The notes: generated by a model from the letters alone, not told the origin. DNA of 64,000 nucleotides from an uncultured Candidatus Rokubacteria bacterium (GCA_963826115.1 CAWGVS010000010.1:160001-224000); one strand, 5' to 3'. Counted from the first letter of the stretch, positions 17,898-27,938 are shown. Numbers and translations: made by a program.

Positions 17898-20171
17898 ATG
17901 CCGGAGGGGCCGTCTCTCAGCAGGTCTTCACCACGGGCGCGTCGAGCCCTCGGCCGCCCGCCGTTCTCGCTCGCGCTGATCGGCCTGGTCACGCTCCTGA
18001 CCGCGGTGACCGGCGCCACGCTCGGAGCGCTGGCGTGGCGGGAAAAGCTCACCGGCTCGCGCGCCCTCGTGGACGGTGCGATGGCGCAGGCCGCGCGCAT
18101 GACCGCCGATCACGCGGCCGCGTTCGTCCGCCATGCCGAGAGCACCGTCCGGCTGGGTCCCTCGCTGGTCGCGCGGGGCCTCCTGGATCCGGACGACTTC
18201 CGGGCGCTGGGCGAGTTCGCGCTCGGCGTGCTGAAGGCAACGCCCCAGCTCGCCTGGGTCAGCTACGGCGACCGCGCGGACCGCTTCGTCGGCGCCTGGA
18301 CCGACGGCGCGGACCAGTTCTACCTGAACCGGAGCTTCCCCCGGAGCGGCCGGATCCGGCTCGAAGAGGACCGCATCCTGCCTGGCGGCCGCCGGGAGCG
18401 CGTGCGTGAGCTGGACGACCACCGCTACCGTCCCCGCGAGCAGGCCTTCTACCGCCTGGCCGAGGCGCGGCGCGGCATCGTGTGGACCGAGCCCTACCGC
18501 TTCTACGACGGGGGGCTCGGGGTCACGTGCGCGATGCCGCTCATGGACGGGACCGGCGCGGTGCGCGGGGTCTTCACGGTCGATCTCTCCCTGGACGGTC
18601 TGTCGCGCTTCGTGGACGACCTCCACGTGTCGCCGCGCGGGCGGGTGTTCATCGCCACCGGCGACGGACAGCTCGTCGCCGCGCCGAGCGGCGTCGACGC
18701 CGCCGGCATGGCGACGCGGGAGGACGCGGCGCTCGTCGGCGAGGTCGTGAGGGAGCTCCGCGCGAGCGTGGCGACGGGCCACTCGTTCCAGCGCGACGGC
18801 GAGCGCTACCTCGGCCGGGCGGCGGCGTTTCCGGTCGGCGACCGGCAGTGGATCACGGCGGTCGTGGTACCCGAGCGCGACTTCACCGCGGCCATCGAGG
18901 CCCAGACGTGGCGGGCAGCGGGGCTCGGCCTGCTCGCCCTCGTCCTCGCGCTGGCCGGCGGCGTCTTCCTCGCCCGGTGGATCTCCGAGCCGCTCCGCGA
19001 GCTCGGCGCCCAGGCGCGCCGGATCCGCGCGGGCGACCTCGACGTCGGCATCGTGCCCCGGAGCCGCGACGAGATCGGCACGCTCGCCCGCACCATGGCC
19101 GAGATGGTCCAGGGTCTCCGCGACCGCGACTTCATCCGGGACGTCCTGGGGCGCTACGTCAGCCCCGAGCTGGCGGAGCAGGCCGTGCGGGACCGCGGGA
19201 CCCTGCGCCTCGGCGGCGAGATCCGGACGGTCTCCATCCTGATGTCGGACCTCCGCGGCTTCTCCGGCCTCTCCGAGCGCCTCGGCCCCGAGCGGATGAT
19301 CGGCCTCCTGAACCGCTACCTCGGGAGCATGACGCCCGTGATCCTCCGGCACGGCGGGACGATCAACGAGTTCATCGGCGACGCGATCCTGGTCCTGTTC
19401 GGCGCTCCGTTCGAGCGCCCCGACGACGCGGAGCGGGCGGTGCGCTGCGCCTGGGCGATGCAGCGCGCGATGGCCGGGTTCAACGCCGAGAGCCGGAGCC
19501 AGGGGCTCCCGCCGCTGGTGATGGGCATCGCGGTGCACTCGGGGCGGGTCGTGGCCGGAAACATCGGGAGCCAGGACCACATGAAGTACGGGGTCGTGGG
19601 GCCGCCGGTCAACGTCACGGGCCGCATCGAGGCGCTCACGGTCGGCCCGCAGGTGCTCGTGTCGGAGTCGACGCTCGAGCGCGTTCGCCACCTCGTCAGC
19701 GTCGGGCCCGGGACCGCGGTGGCGGTGAAGGGCGTGCCGGAGCCCGTGGTCGTCTACGAGCTCCAAGGCGTGGTCGGAGAGGAAGGTCTCGACGGGTCCG
19801 GCGACAATGCGCTCGCGCCCGTCGATCTGCCGGCGACCGCGCGGGTCGTGGACGAGACCAAGCGCGTCGACGAGGCGGCGCACGCGGTCCGCGTGACGCG
19901 CATCGGCCGCGAAGCGGTGGAGCTCGTCACGCGCGCGCCGCTCCCGCCGAGCCGACCCGACCTCCTGCTCGCCGTCGACTTCGGGGACGGTGCCTCCCCG
20001 GGCGGGAGCTACGTCCGCGTGGCGGCGCGGGAGCCCGCGGACCCCCTCGACCCGGCCGCCCTCCGGATCCGCGCCGTGTTCACGTCGCTCGCCGAGTCGG
20101 ACCGCGCCCACATCGACCGCCTGGTCGCCGCCCTGCCGGCCGGGAGCGGTCCGGAACCCGTCCTGGCCTAG
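17898..20171 (+). CDS. Membrane class III nucleotide cyclase (TM-Cache-TM-HAMP-cyclase-C-terminal domain)
   Basis: WTEPY Cache motif; DEIGTLA HAMP; ILMSDLRGFS, NEFIGDAIL, VVAGNIGS, KYGVVG..VNVTGRIE. Confidence 0.9.
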   Translation: MPEGPSLSRSSPRARRALGRPPFSLALIGLVTLLTAVTGATLGALAWREKLTGSRALVDGAMAQAARMTADHAAAFVRHAESTVRLGPSLVARGLLDPDDFRALGEFALGVLKATPQLAWVSYGDRADRFVGAWTDGADQFYLNRSFPRSGRIRLEEDRILPGGRRERVRELDDHRYRPREQAFYRLAEARRGIVWTEPYRFYDGGLGVTCAMPLMDGTGAVRGVFTVDLSLDGLSRFVDDLHVSPRGRVFIATGDGQLVAAPSGVDAAGMATREDAALVGEVVRELRASVATGHSFQRDGERYLGRAAAFPVGDRQWITAVVVPERDFTAAIEAQTWRAAGLGLLALVLALAGGVFLARWISEPLRELGAQARRIRAGDLDVGIVPRSRDEIGTLARTMAEMVQGLRDRDFIRDVLGRYVSPELAEQAVRDRGTLRLGGEIRTVSILMSDLRGFSGLSERLGPERMIGLLNRYLGSMTPVILRHGGTINEFIGDAILVLFGAPFERPDDAERAVRCAWAMQRAMAGFNAESRSQGLPPLVMGIAVHSGRVVAGNIGSQDHMKYGVVGPPVNVTGRIEALTVGPQVLVSESTLERVRHLVSVGPGTAVAVKGVPEPVVVYELQGVVGEEGLDGSGDNALAPVDLPATARVVDETKRVDEAAHAVRVTRIGREAVELVTRAPLPPSRPDLLLAVDFGDGASPGGSYVRVAAREPADPLDPAALRIRAVFTSLAESDRAHIDRLVAALPAGSGPEPVLA

Positions 20172-20269
20172 CCGTTCCTCACCGCGACGCGGCGGCGCGA
20201 TTGCAGTAGGATGGCCGGGCCGGATCGCCGCCCCGGCGGGCGTGTCGATCGCGGTCCAGGAGGGTACCG

Positions 20270-22501
20270 ATGAAGGCAGGCCGCTGGTGGGCCGGGCTCG
20301 TGACCGGGATCGCGCTGATGGCGATCCTACCCTCGATCACGGCCGCCGCGTCGAAGTCCGGCGGTGGCTCGGACAAGGCCGTCGAGCTGCCCGAGCCGCT
20401 CACGCGGGACGCGATCCGGGAGCTGGTGGCGCGCTTGAGCGACGAGGAGGTCCGCGCCCTCCTCCTGACCCAGCTCGACAAGGTCGCCGCGCCCGGCGCC
20501 GCCAAGCCCCCGCCCGGCTCGATGGCCGCCGGCCTTGCCGACGATGTCGACCGCGCGCGGACGGAGCTCGGGGCCATGCTCCGGGCCGTGCCGAGCGTCC
20601 CGGCCGAGCTCGCGGCCGCTGTCGGCCGATTCTCCGAAGGGCGCTCGTCGTATCACCTGCTGGTCGTCGTCCTGGGCTTCGCCCTCATGCTGGTCGTCGG
20701 CTTCGTCGCGGAGTGGGTGGCCCGGCGCCTCCTGACCGGGATCGGCAGCCGAGTCGAGCGTGCACGCGAGCATGCCCACGACGCCAACGGCGGCCACGTC
20801 GTGATGCGGGTGCTCATGGAGATCTTCCTCCTGGGCGTCTTCGCCGTGGCCGCCGCGGGAACGTTCCTGTTCTTCTATCAGGGCCACGTGGCGAGCCGCG
20901 AGCTGATCGTGCACCTGTTTCTGGCGACCCTCCAGGCCCGAGTGGCGATCCTCATCGCGCGCTTCCTGCTGGCGCCGCACGCGCCAGCCTCGCGGGCGTT
21001 GCCCTTCGACGACGCGTCGGCGCGGACGCTCTACCGCGGGGTCGTGAGCCTCGCGTGGCTCTTCGTCGTGCTCGACGTGCTCGTGGGCTTCATGGTCCAC
21101 TGGCAGGTGCCACGGGCGCCCTACCTCGTCGTCTCGTCCCTCGGACGCATCCTGTTCGTCGTGCTCTTCCTCCGCCTGGTGTGGGGCCTCGTCCGGCCGA
21201 TCGCCGCGATGATCCGGGGCAACGGGGCGAGCAGCATCCGCCGGATACTGGCCGACCTGTGGCCGGTCCTCATGACCGTGTACGTGCTGGGCCTCCTGGT
21301 CGCCCTGACGATCGAGGAGCTGTCCGGCCGGTCGCGCACCGGTCGTGCCGGCCTCCTGAGCCTTCTCGTCGTGATCGTGCTCCCGCTCGTCGACATGGCG
21401 CTCTGCCGGCTGCTCGACCGGCGGGAGGGGACGAGCGTCTCGGGCGCACGGGCCAGCTTCGGACCGGTCATCCGGAAGGGCGTGCACATCCTGGTCACGG
21501 TCGCCGGCCTGCTTCTGATCGTCGAACTCTGGGACATCGACCTGATGGACCTGGCCAGCCGGGGCTTCGGGGCGCGCATAGCCGGCGTCGTGGTCAACAT
21601 CGGCCTGACCGTCATGCTCGCGTACCTGGCCTGGCAGCTCGCCAAGACGGCCATCGACCGGCGGCTCGAGCGCGAGGCGGCACCCAAGGCGGCGAGCGAG
21701 CCAGGCGAGATCGGCGGGACCGGCGCGTCGCGGCTCAAGACCCTCCTGCCGCTCGCGCGCGGGACCATCTTCGCGGTGCTCTGCGTCATGAGCGTGCTGA
21801 CCATTCTGGCCGCGTTCGGCGTGAACATCGGGCCGCTTCTGGCGGGCGCGGGCGTGGTGGGCCTGGCGGTGGGCTTCGGCGCCCAGACGCTCGTCCGGGA
21901 CATCATCTCGGGCGCCTTCTACCTGATGGACGACGCCTTCCGGATCGGCGAGTACATCGACGTCGGCGAGGCCAAGGGCACGGTCGAGAGGATCGGGATC
22001 CGCTCGATGCACCTCCGCCACCACCGGGGGCCGATCAACGTGGTCCCGTACGGCTCGATCCGCCGCATGACGAACCAGAGCCGCGACTGGGTCGTGGAGA
22101 AGCTCGAATTCCGGCTGACCTACGACACCGACATGGCGAAGGTGAAGAAGATCATCAAGCGGATCGGCCAGGAGCTGCAGGCCGACCCCACGCTCGGCCC
22201 CAACATCCTCCAGCCGCTGAAATCGCAGGGCGTCCTCGCGATGGAGGACAGCGCGCTCCTCGTCAAGGCGAAGTTCACCGCAAAGCCCGGCGAGCAGTTC
22301 GTCATCCGGCGCGAGGCGTACCAGCGGATCAAGCAGGCGTTCGACGAGGCCGGCATCCACTTCGCGCACCGGCAGGTCACGGTCTTCGTGCCGCCAGGCG
22401 AGGGCGGCGCGGGCGGCGCGGCCGCGGCCGCCGCCGCTGCGGCCGGCGGCGCGGTCGCGCCCGCGCTGGGGGTCGAGGCGGCCGAGGACAAGCCCGTCTG
22501 A
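20270..22501 (+). CDS. Large MscS-family mechanosensitive channel
   Basis: PLLAGAGVVGLAVGFGAQTLVRDIISG, FRIGEYI, GTVERIGIRS; many N-terminal TM segments. Confidence 0.9.
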   Translation: MKAGRWWAGLVTGIALMAILPSITAAASKSGGGSDKAVELPEPLTRDAIRELVARLSDEEVRALLLTQLDKVAAPGAAKPPPGSMAAGLADDVDRARTELGAMLRAVPSVPAELAAAVGRFSEGRSSYHLLVVVLGFALMLVVGFVAEWVARRLLTGIGSRVERAREHAHDANGGHVVMRVLMEIFLLGVFAVAAAGTFLFFYQGHVASRELIVHLFLATLQARVAILIARFLLAPHAPASRALPFDDASARTLYRGVVSLAWLFVVLDVLVGFMVHWQVPRAPYLVVSSLGRILFVVLFLRLVWGLVRPIAAMIRGNGASSIRRILADLWPVLMTVYVLGLLVALTIEELSGRSRTGRAGLLSLLVVIVLPLVDMALCRLLDRREGTSVSGARASFGPVIRKGVHILVTVAGLLLIVELWDIDLMDLASRGFGARIAGVVVNIGLTVMLAYLAWQLAKTAIDRRLEREAAPKAASEPGEIGGTGASRLKTLLPLARGTIFAVLCVMSVLTILAAFGVNIGPLLAGAGVVGLAVGFGAQTLVRDIISGAFYLMDDAFRIGEYIDVGEAKGTVERIGIRSMHLRHHRGPINVVPYGSIRRMTNQSRDWVVEKLEFRLTYDTDMAKVKKIIKRIGQELQADPTLGPNILQPLKSQGVLAMEDSALLVKAKFTAKPGEQFVIRREAYQRIKQAFDEAGIHFAHRQVTVFVPPGEGGAGGAAAAAAAAAGGAVAPALGVEAAEDKPV

Positions 22502-22527
22502 GAGCCTTCCGCGCCGCGACCGGTGTC

Positions 22528-22860
22528 ATGGCGGCGCTGTTCCTGTTCGCCGCCGCCGTCCAGTACAACGACCCGGACCCGCTGCGGTGGATGGGGATCT
22601 ACGGCGTGGCCGCGCTCGCCTGCCTCCTGTCGCTGGCCGGCCGGCTGCCGCGATGGATGCCCGTGCTGGTTGGTATGGTCGCCCTCGCGTGGGCCGGCAC
22701 TCTCGCCCCCGGCGTCGGGCGAGTGTCGATCGGCGAGATCTTCCAGTTGTACGGGATGCTGAGCGAGCCGGTCGAGGAGGCCCGCGAGATGGGCGGTCTC
22801 CTCATCGTGGCCACGTGGATGGGCGCGCTCCGGCTCGCGGGCGTGCGTCCGGCGCGGTAG
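22528..22860 (+). CDS. TMEM220 family membrane protein
   Basis: AAVQYNDPDP..W..IY and EEAREMGGLLI motifs; start may be slightly upstream. Confidence 0.75.
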   Translation: MAALFLFAAAVQYNDPDPLRWMGIYGVAALACLLSLAGRLPRWMPVLVGMVALAWAGTLAPGVGRVSIGEIFQLYGMLSEPVEEAREMGGLLIVATWMGALRLAGVRPAR

Positions 22861-23057
22861 GCATCGCGCCGTCCCGCCGTCCGCGCCCACGCCCGCCGCG
22901 TCGCTCCGCGCCACCGGCCGGCCCCGGCCACGACGTCGCCGACCGCGGGCGCGGGGAGATCAGCCTCGTCGCCGGAGTAGCACGGTCCCGCGCCCGCAGC
23001 GCCCTCGGGGGGAATTCCTGCCTGCCCCGGCTCTCGCGCGACCCATAATCGAGCCGG

Positions 23058-25160
23058 ATGAAGGTCCTGGTCGCGCTCGCGACGGCGCTGGCGCTGGGTC
23101 TGGCGGCCGAGTGCGACGCCGCGTCATGGTGGCCCGGGTCGGCTGCGGCCGCCGTCGCCGCTGTCGCCGCCGACTCCGCCGCGCCCGAGACCGCGAGGGG
23201 CGACCTCCCGGCGATCCGGAAGGCCGGCGCCCTCCGCCTGATCGTCACCGGTCCCGACAGCCTCCAGCGCGCGAACGACCCGAAGCGCGAGGAGCAGGCG
23301 CTCGCCGCGGCGTTCGCCCGGAAGCTCGGCCTCCGCGTCGTGCCCGTCGTGGTCTCGGACCGGAGCCAGCTGATCCCCGCGCTCCGGGCCGGCCGCGGCG
23401 ACGTCATCGTCGGCTCGCTCGCGATCACGCCGGAGCGCGCGGAGGAGATCGCGTTCACCCGGCCCGTCCGCTTCGTGGCCCAGGAGGTCGTGGTCCCGAA
23501 GTCGGACCGGAGCGTGAAGAAGCCGGCCGACCTCGCCGGCAAGACCGTGACGGTCCGCGCGTCGAGCTCCTACGCCTCGACGCTCGCCCGCCTCCAGGCC
23601 CGGGTGAAAGGGTTCGAGATCAAGACGGCCCGCGAGACGGAGGACACCTTCGACCTGATCCAGAAGGTGGCGCGCGGGGAGGAGGCCGTCACGGTGGCGG
23701 ACTCCGACATCCTCGCCGCGGCGCTCACGTTCGAGCCGGGCGTGAAGGCCGCGTTCGCCCTCGCCGAGCGCGACCTGATCGCCTGGGGGGTCCGCAAGGA
23801 GAACCCCGCGCTCAAGGCCGCCCTCGACGCCTTCCTCGTGGAGCGGGCGCTCACCGGCTACAAGGACCGCGCGGTCCGGGCGGATCTCGACGCGATCCGG
23901 AAGCGCGGCGTGCTCCGGGTGCTGACGCGCAACTCGAGCACGACGTACTTTCTCCACCGTGGCGAGGAGCTGGGCTTCGAGTACGAGCTGGTGCGGGAGT
24001 TCGCGCGGACGCTCGGGGTGCGCCTCGAGCTCGTGATCCCGCCGTCCCGCGACGCTCTGCTCACCTACCTCCGGGAAGGCAAGGGAGACCTGGTCGCCGC
24101 GGGGCTTGCCTCCACCCCCGAGCGGCGCCAGGAGTTCGCCTTCAGCGCGCCCTACAACCGGGTCAGCGAGCTCCTGGTCGTGCCGGTGACGGACAAGACG
24201 ACGCGGAGCCTGGCCGATCTCCGGGGGAAGAAGATCGCGATCCGCCGGTCGTCGAGCTACTACCAGTCGCTCGCGCCGCTCCAGGCGCAGCACGGATTCG
24301 AGCTGGAGCTGGTGCCCGAGGACGTGGAGACCGAGGACATCCTGGACGCGGTGGGCGAGGGGAAGCATCCGGCCACGGTCGCCGACTCGAACATCGTCGA
24401 CGTCGAGCTGACATACAGCGACGCGGTGCGCGGCGCGGGCCCGATCGGGGAGCCCCGGGACATCGCCTGGATGCTCCGGAAGGACCAGCCGCAGCTCAGG
24501 GCGGCGGCCGACCGGTTCATCCGGCGCATCTACCGGAGCACGTTCTACAACATGACCGTGACCAAGTACTTCCGGAACACGCGGCAGATGCGGGACGCGG
24601 CGAGCGAGAAGCGATCGGACCGGGCCGGCCAGCTGTCCCCCTACGACCCGCTGGTGAAGAAGTACGCGCAGATGTACGAGTTCGACTGGCGGCTCGTCAC
24701 CTCCCAGATGTACCAGGAGTCGCGCTTCGACCCGCGCGTCCGGAGCTGGGCCGGAGCGCTCGGGCTCATGCAGGTCATGCCGCGGACGGCCCGCGAGCTC
24801 GACGTCGGGGACGTGCGGAAGCCCGAGACCGGGATTCACGCCGGTGTGAAGCTCCTCGCGCGGTACGCCGCGATGTACCGGGACCCGGAGATCGCCGAGC
24901 CGGATCGCCTCCGGTTCACGCTCGCCGCCTACAACTGCGGGCCCGGTCACGTGGCCGACGGCCGTCGGGTCGCGGCGGACCTCAAGCTCGACCCGAACCG
25001 CTGGTTTGGCCACGTGGAGAAGGCGATGCCGCTGCTGGCGAAGCCCAGGTTCGCGCGGGCCGCGCGGTACGGCTACTGCCGCTGCGGGGAGCCCGTGAAG
25101 TACGTGAGCGAGATCCAGGCCCGCTACGACTCGTACTCGAGCCTGATCGCGCTCCGCTGA
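23058..25160 (+). CDS. mltF: MltF-like lytic transglycosylase with two tandem solute-binding domains
   Basis: Two repeats of DL.AIRK.G.LR..T; GFEYEL; SLT motifs YQESRFDP, GALGLMQVMP, LAAYNCG. Confidence 0.8.
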   Translation: MKVLVALATALALGLAAECDAASWWPGSAAAAVAAVAADSAAPETARGDLPAIRKAGALRLIVTGPDSLQRANDPKREEQALAAAFARKLGLRVVPVVVSDRSQLIPALRAGRGDVIVGSLAITPERAEEIAFTRPVRFVAQEVVVPKSDRSVKKPADLAGKTVTVRASSSYASTLARLQARVKGFEIKTARETEDTFDLIQKVARGEEAVTVADSDILAAALTFEPGVKAAFALAERDLIAWGVRKENPALKAALDAFLVERALTGYKDRAVRADLDAIRKRGVLRVLTRNSSTTYFLHRGEELGFEYELVREFARTLGVRLELVIPPSRDALLTYLREGKGDLVAAGLASTPERRQEFAFSAPYNRVSELLVVPVTDKTTRSLADLRGKKIAIRRSSSYYQSLAPLQAQHGFELELVPEDVETEDILDAVGEGKHPATVADSNIVDVELTYSDAVRGAGPIGEPRDIAWMLRKDQPQLRAAADRFIRRIYRSTFYNMTVTKYFRNTRQMRDAASEKRSDRAGQLSPYDPLVKKYAQMYEFDWRLVTSQMYQESRFDPRVRSWAGALGLMQVMPRTARELDVGDVRKPETGIHAGVKLLARYAAMYRDPEIAEPDRLRFTLAAYNCGPGHVADGRRVAADLKLDPNRWFGHVEKAMPLLAKPRFARAARYGYCRCGEPVKYVSEIQARYDSYSSLIALR

Positions 25161-25204
25161 GAACCGCGCGCGCGGGGCGCGCCCCGCGTCGGGAGACGTG
25201 ACGG

Positions 25205-25981
25205 ATGTTCCCCTACCGGGACGAGAACGAGACGATCCGCACCCCCTACGTCACCTTCGTCCTGATCGCGCTCAACCTCGGCGCCTGGCTCCTGATCCAG
25301 GGCGCCGGCTCGCCGCTGGCGCTGGCCACGTCCATCTGCGACCGCGGCCTGATCCCCGGCGAGCTCACGCTGAGCCTGCCGCCGGGGACGAGCTTCCCCA
25401 TGGGTGCCGGAGTGACGTGCCTCACCGACCCGGGCCGTCAGATCGCGAACGTCTTCACGTCCATGTTCCTCCACGGCTCGTGGATGCACGTCCTCGGGAA
25501 CATGTGGTTCCTGTGGATCTTCGGGAACAACGTGGAGGACGCGATGGGCCGCTTCCGGTTCGTCGTCTTCTACCTCCTGACCGGCGCGGCCGCCGCCTTC
25601 ACCCAGGTCTTCCTGACCCCGGCCTCGCCGGTCCCGATGGTCGGCGCCTCGGGCGCGATCAGCGGCGTGATGGGCGCCTACATCGTGCTGTACCCGAACG
25701 TGCGCGTCTTCATGCTGATCCCGCTCGGGTTCATCATCACGTCGATGGCCTGGCCGGCCTGGATGATGCTCGGTTACTGGCTCCTCCTCCAGTTCGTGAG
25801 CGGCCTGACCGTGACCGTGACGGGACAGGAGGGCGGCGTCGCCTTCTGGGCGCACTTCGGCGGCTTCGTGGCCGGGGTCGTCCTGATCAAGCTTTTCGCG
25901 CGCGCGGACTACCTGGCCGAGCACCAGGCGCGCCGGTGGCGCCCGCAGCGGCTCGGCTTCGGCTCCTCGCGAGACGACTGA
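25205..25981 (+). CDS. Rhomboid family intramembrane serine protease
   Basis: FTSMFLHG.WMH..GNM, VGASGAISGV, AFWAHFGGF. Confidence 0.92.
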   Translation: MFPYRDENETIRTPYVTFVLIALNLGAWLLIQGAGSPLALATSICDRGLIPGELTLSLPPGTSFPMGAGVTCLTDPGRQIANVFTSMFLHGSWMHVLGNMWFLWIFGNNVEDAMGRFRFVVFYLLTGAAAAFTQVFLTPASPVPMVGASGAISGVMGAYIVLYPNVRVFMLIPLGFIITSMAWPAWMMLGYWLLLQFVSGLTVTVTGQEGGVAFWAHFGGFVAGVVLIKLFARADYLAEHQARRWRPQRLGFGSSRDD

Positions 25982-26015
25982 TCGCGACGCTCCCTTGCGA
26001 CATGCGCGCGCCGCG

Positions 26016-26044
26016 TTGACGGTCCGCGCAGGCGGCGCTAGACT
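26016..26044 (+). promoter_or_regulatory. Sigma-70-type promoter
   Basis: TTGACG-N17-TAGACT, 28 bp before the ATG at 26073. Confidence 0.65.
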
Positions 26045-26072
26045 TCTGTCGTTGCGAGCCCAGGAGCGATCG

Positions 26073-26708
26073 ATGACGAGAGTTCGACCCGCACGGATCG
26101 TGGTGCCCGGTCTCGCGGCCCTCGTCCTCCTGGTCGGGCTCGCCTCCTGCAGCGGCACGCGGCTCAGCGACGTCTGGCGGGATCCGGCGTTCTCCGGCGG
26201 CCCCTTCCGCTCGGTGGCGGTGTTCGTGCTCGGCGCGGACCCGGCCATCCGGCACCTCGTCGAGGACGAGTTCGCGCGTCGCCTTCCCATGAATACCCGG
26301 GGGATCGCCAGCTACGGCATCGTCCCGGAGGCGGAGCAGGGCGACTTCGAGAAGGCGCGGGCGCGCGTCCGCGCCGGCGGGTTCGACGGGGTGGTCATCG
26401 GGCGCCTCATCGGCGTGGAGGGCTCGGTCCCCTGGGCGAGCGGCAGCCTCCAGCAGGTACCGATCTCGTACCGGACGCTCTCGAACTACTACGTCGATTC
26501 CTACCAGGAGGCCGAGCGCGCCAGCGCGCTCCGCGCCCCCACGGTGGTGAGAGTCCAGACGAACGTGTACGCCGTCGCCACCGAGGCCCTCGTCTGGTCG
26601 GCCGCGAGCCGCACCTTCGATCCAGCGGCGACCCGCGACGTGGCCGGCGACCTGGCCAAGGTCGTCGTCGCGGAGCTCCAGCGGATCGGCGTCCTGGCGG
26701 CGGAGTGA
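26073..26708 (+). CDS. Hypothetical lipoprotein (DUF4136-like)
   Basis: LASC lipobox; VWRDP, TNVYAV...LVWSA; RBS AGGAG. Confidence 0.7.
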   Translation: MTRVRPARIVVPGLAALVLLVGLASCSGTRLSDVWRDPAFSGGPFRSVAVFVLGADPAIRHLVEDEFARRLPMNTRGIASYGIVPEAEQGDFEKARARVRAGGFDGVVIGRLIGVEGSVPWASGSLQQVPISYRTLSNYYVDSYQEAERASALRAPTVVRVQTNVYAVATEALVWSAASRTFDPAATRDVAGDLAKVVVAELQRIGVLAAE

Positions 26709-26718
26709 AAGGATCGCA

Positions 26719-27426
26719 ATGATGCGACGGAGACAGGCGGTCCGGATCGTGGCGGTGGCGCTCGGCGCCGCGCTTTTCCTCCCGACGCTCGCGGCGGTGC
26801 GGCCCGCGTGGGCCGACGACGCGCTCGAGGCCCGGCAGCTGGTCGAGCGCTCGGTCCTCACGGTCGAGAGCTTCGCGGCCGACCCGAACTACCAGGGCAC
26901 CTGGCGGGACCTCATGAAGGAGGCGAAGGGCATCCTGATCTCACCCTCGGTCGTGAAGGCCGGGTTCATCTTCGGGGGATCGGGCGGCAGTCTCACGTTC
27001 CTCACCCGCGACGGCAAGGGCGGGTGGAACGGCCCGGCCTTCTACACGGTCGGCGGGATGAGCTTCGGGCTCCTGGCCGGCGCCGAGGCGGCCGAGCTGG
27101 TGATGGTGGTCCGGACCGAGCGCGGGGTGACGCGGCTTCTCAGCTCGAGCGCGAAGCTCGGCGGCGACCTGAGTGTCGCGGCCGGGCCGGTCGGCGCCGG
27201 CGTCGGGGCGGCCGGGCTCACCGCGGACCTCATCATCCTCTCCCGCGCGAAGGGGCTCTACGGCGGCATCTCTCTCGAGGGGTCGGTCCTGGCGGTGCGC
27301 GACGGCTACAACCAGGCCTACTACGGCAAGGCGGTCACGCCGTCCGACATCCTGATCAAGGGCGCCGTCAAGAACCCCGAATCGAGCCGCCTCATCGACA
27401 TGATGAAGAAGCTCGCCGGTCCGTGA
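26719..27426 (+). CDS. Lipid-binding SYLF (Ysc84) domain protein, exported
   Basis: KAGFIFGGSGG, SFGLLAG, KLGGDLSVAAGPVGAG, SRAKGLYGGISLEG, NQAYYG. Confidence 0.9.
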   Translation: MMRRRQAVRIVAVALGAALFLPTLAAVRPAWADDALEARQLVERSVLTVESFAADPNYQGTWRDLMKEAKGILISPSVVKAGFIFGGSGGSLTFLTRDGKGGWNGPAFYTVGGMSFGLLAGAEAAELVMVVRTERGVTRLLSSSAKLGGDLSVAAGPVGAGVGAAGLTADLIILSRAKGLYGGISLEGSVLAVRDGYNQAYYGKAVTPSDILIKGAVKNPESSRLIDMMKKLAGP

Positions 27427-27448
27427 CGAGACCGGGGCCCCGGACCTG

Positions 27449-27934
27449 ATGCGCCGTGTCGCCGTCGCGGTCCTGATCGTCGCGGTCGTGCTGGCCGCCA
27501 TCGTCCCGTCCGCCCAGGCGTGCGGCGAGTGCGTGGCGCTCGGCGTGGTCTCGTTCCTGGCGTTCGCCGGAATCGTGGCCGCCGCGACGGCGCCGCCCGT
27601 CGTGTACGCGGCGCCCGCGTACTACGCCGCGCCCTGGTCGTACCCGGGCGCCTACGCCCCCGCGGGCGCCTATCCGCCCGCGTACTATTACGGCGGCTAT
27701 TCCCCCCCGCGCTACTACTACCCCGCCGCGTACCCGTCCGCGTACGTCGCCGCCCCGCCCGCCGTCTGGACCGGGCCCCGCGTGGTCCAGTACGCTCACG
27801 GCCGTTACGAGCTGCGGGGCGACGGCGTGCGCGCGCCCTGGGCGTGGGTCTGGATCCCGAACGGGCCGCCCGCGCCGCCCGTTCCCGCGAACCTGGACGG
27901 GCCGGAGGGGAGCGGCGCCGCCCGCGAGCGCTGA
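27449..27934 (+). CDS. Exported Pro/Tyr/Ala-rich hypothetical protein
   Basis: Signal peptide, CGEC, repeated YxPP/YYPA tract, VVQYAHGRYELRGDGV..W.WVWIP tail. Confidence 0.6.
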   Translation: MRRVAVAVLIVAVVLAAIVPSAQACGECVALGVVSFLAFAGIVAAATAPPVVYAAPAYYAAPWSYPGAYAPAGAYPPAYYYGGYSPPRYYYPAAYPSAYVAAPPAVWTGPRVVQYAHGRYELRGDGVRAPWAWVWIPNGPPAPPVPANLDGPEGSGAARER

Positions 27935-27938
27935 CCGG

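Noticed and set aside
20190-20205. CGGCGGCGCGATTGCA as a sigma-54 promoter for mscS
   Set aside because: Poor -24 element; the adjacent TAGGAT fits a sigma-70 -10 equally well
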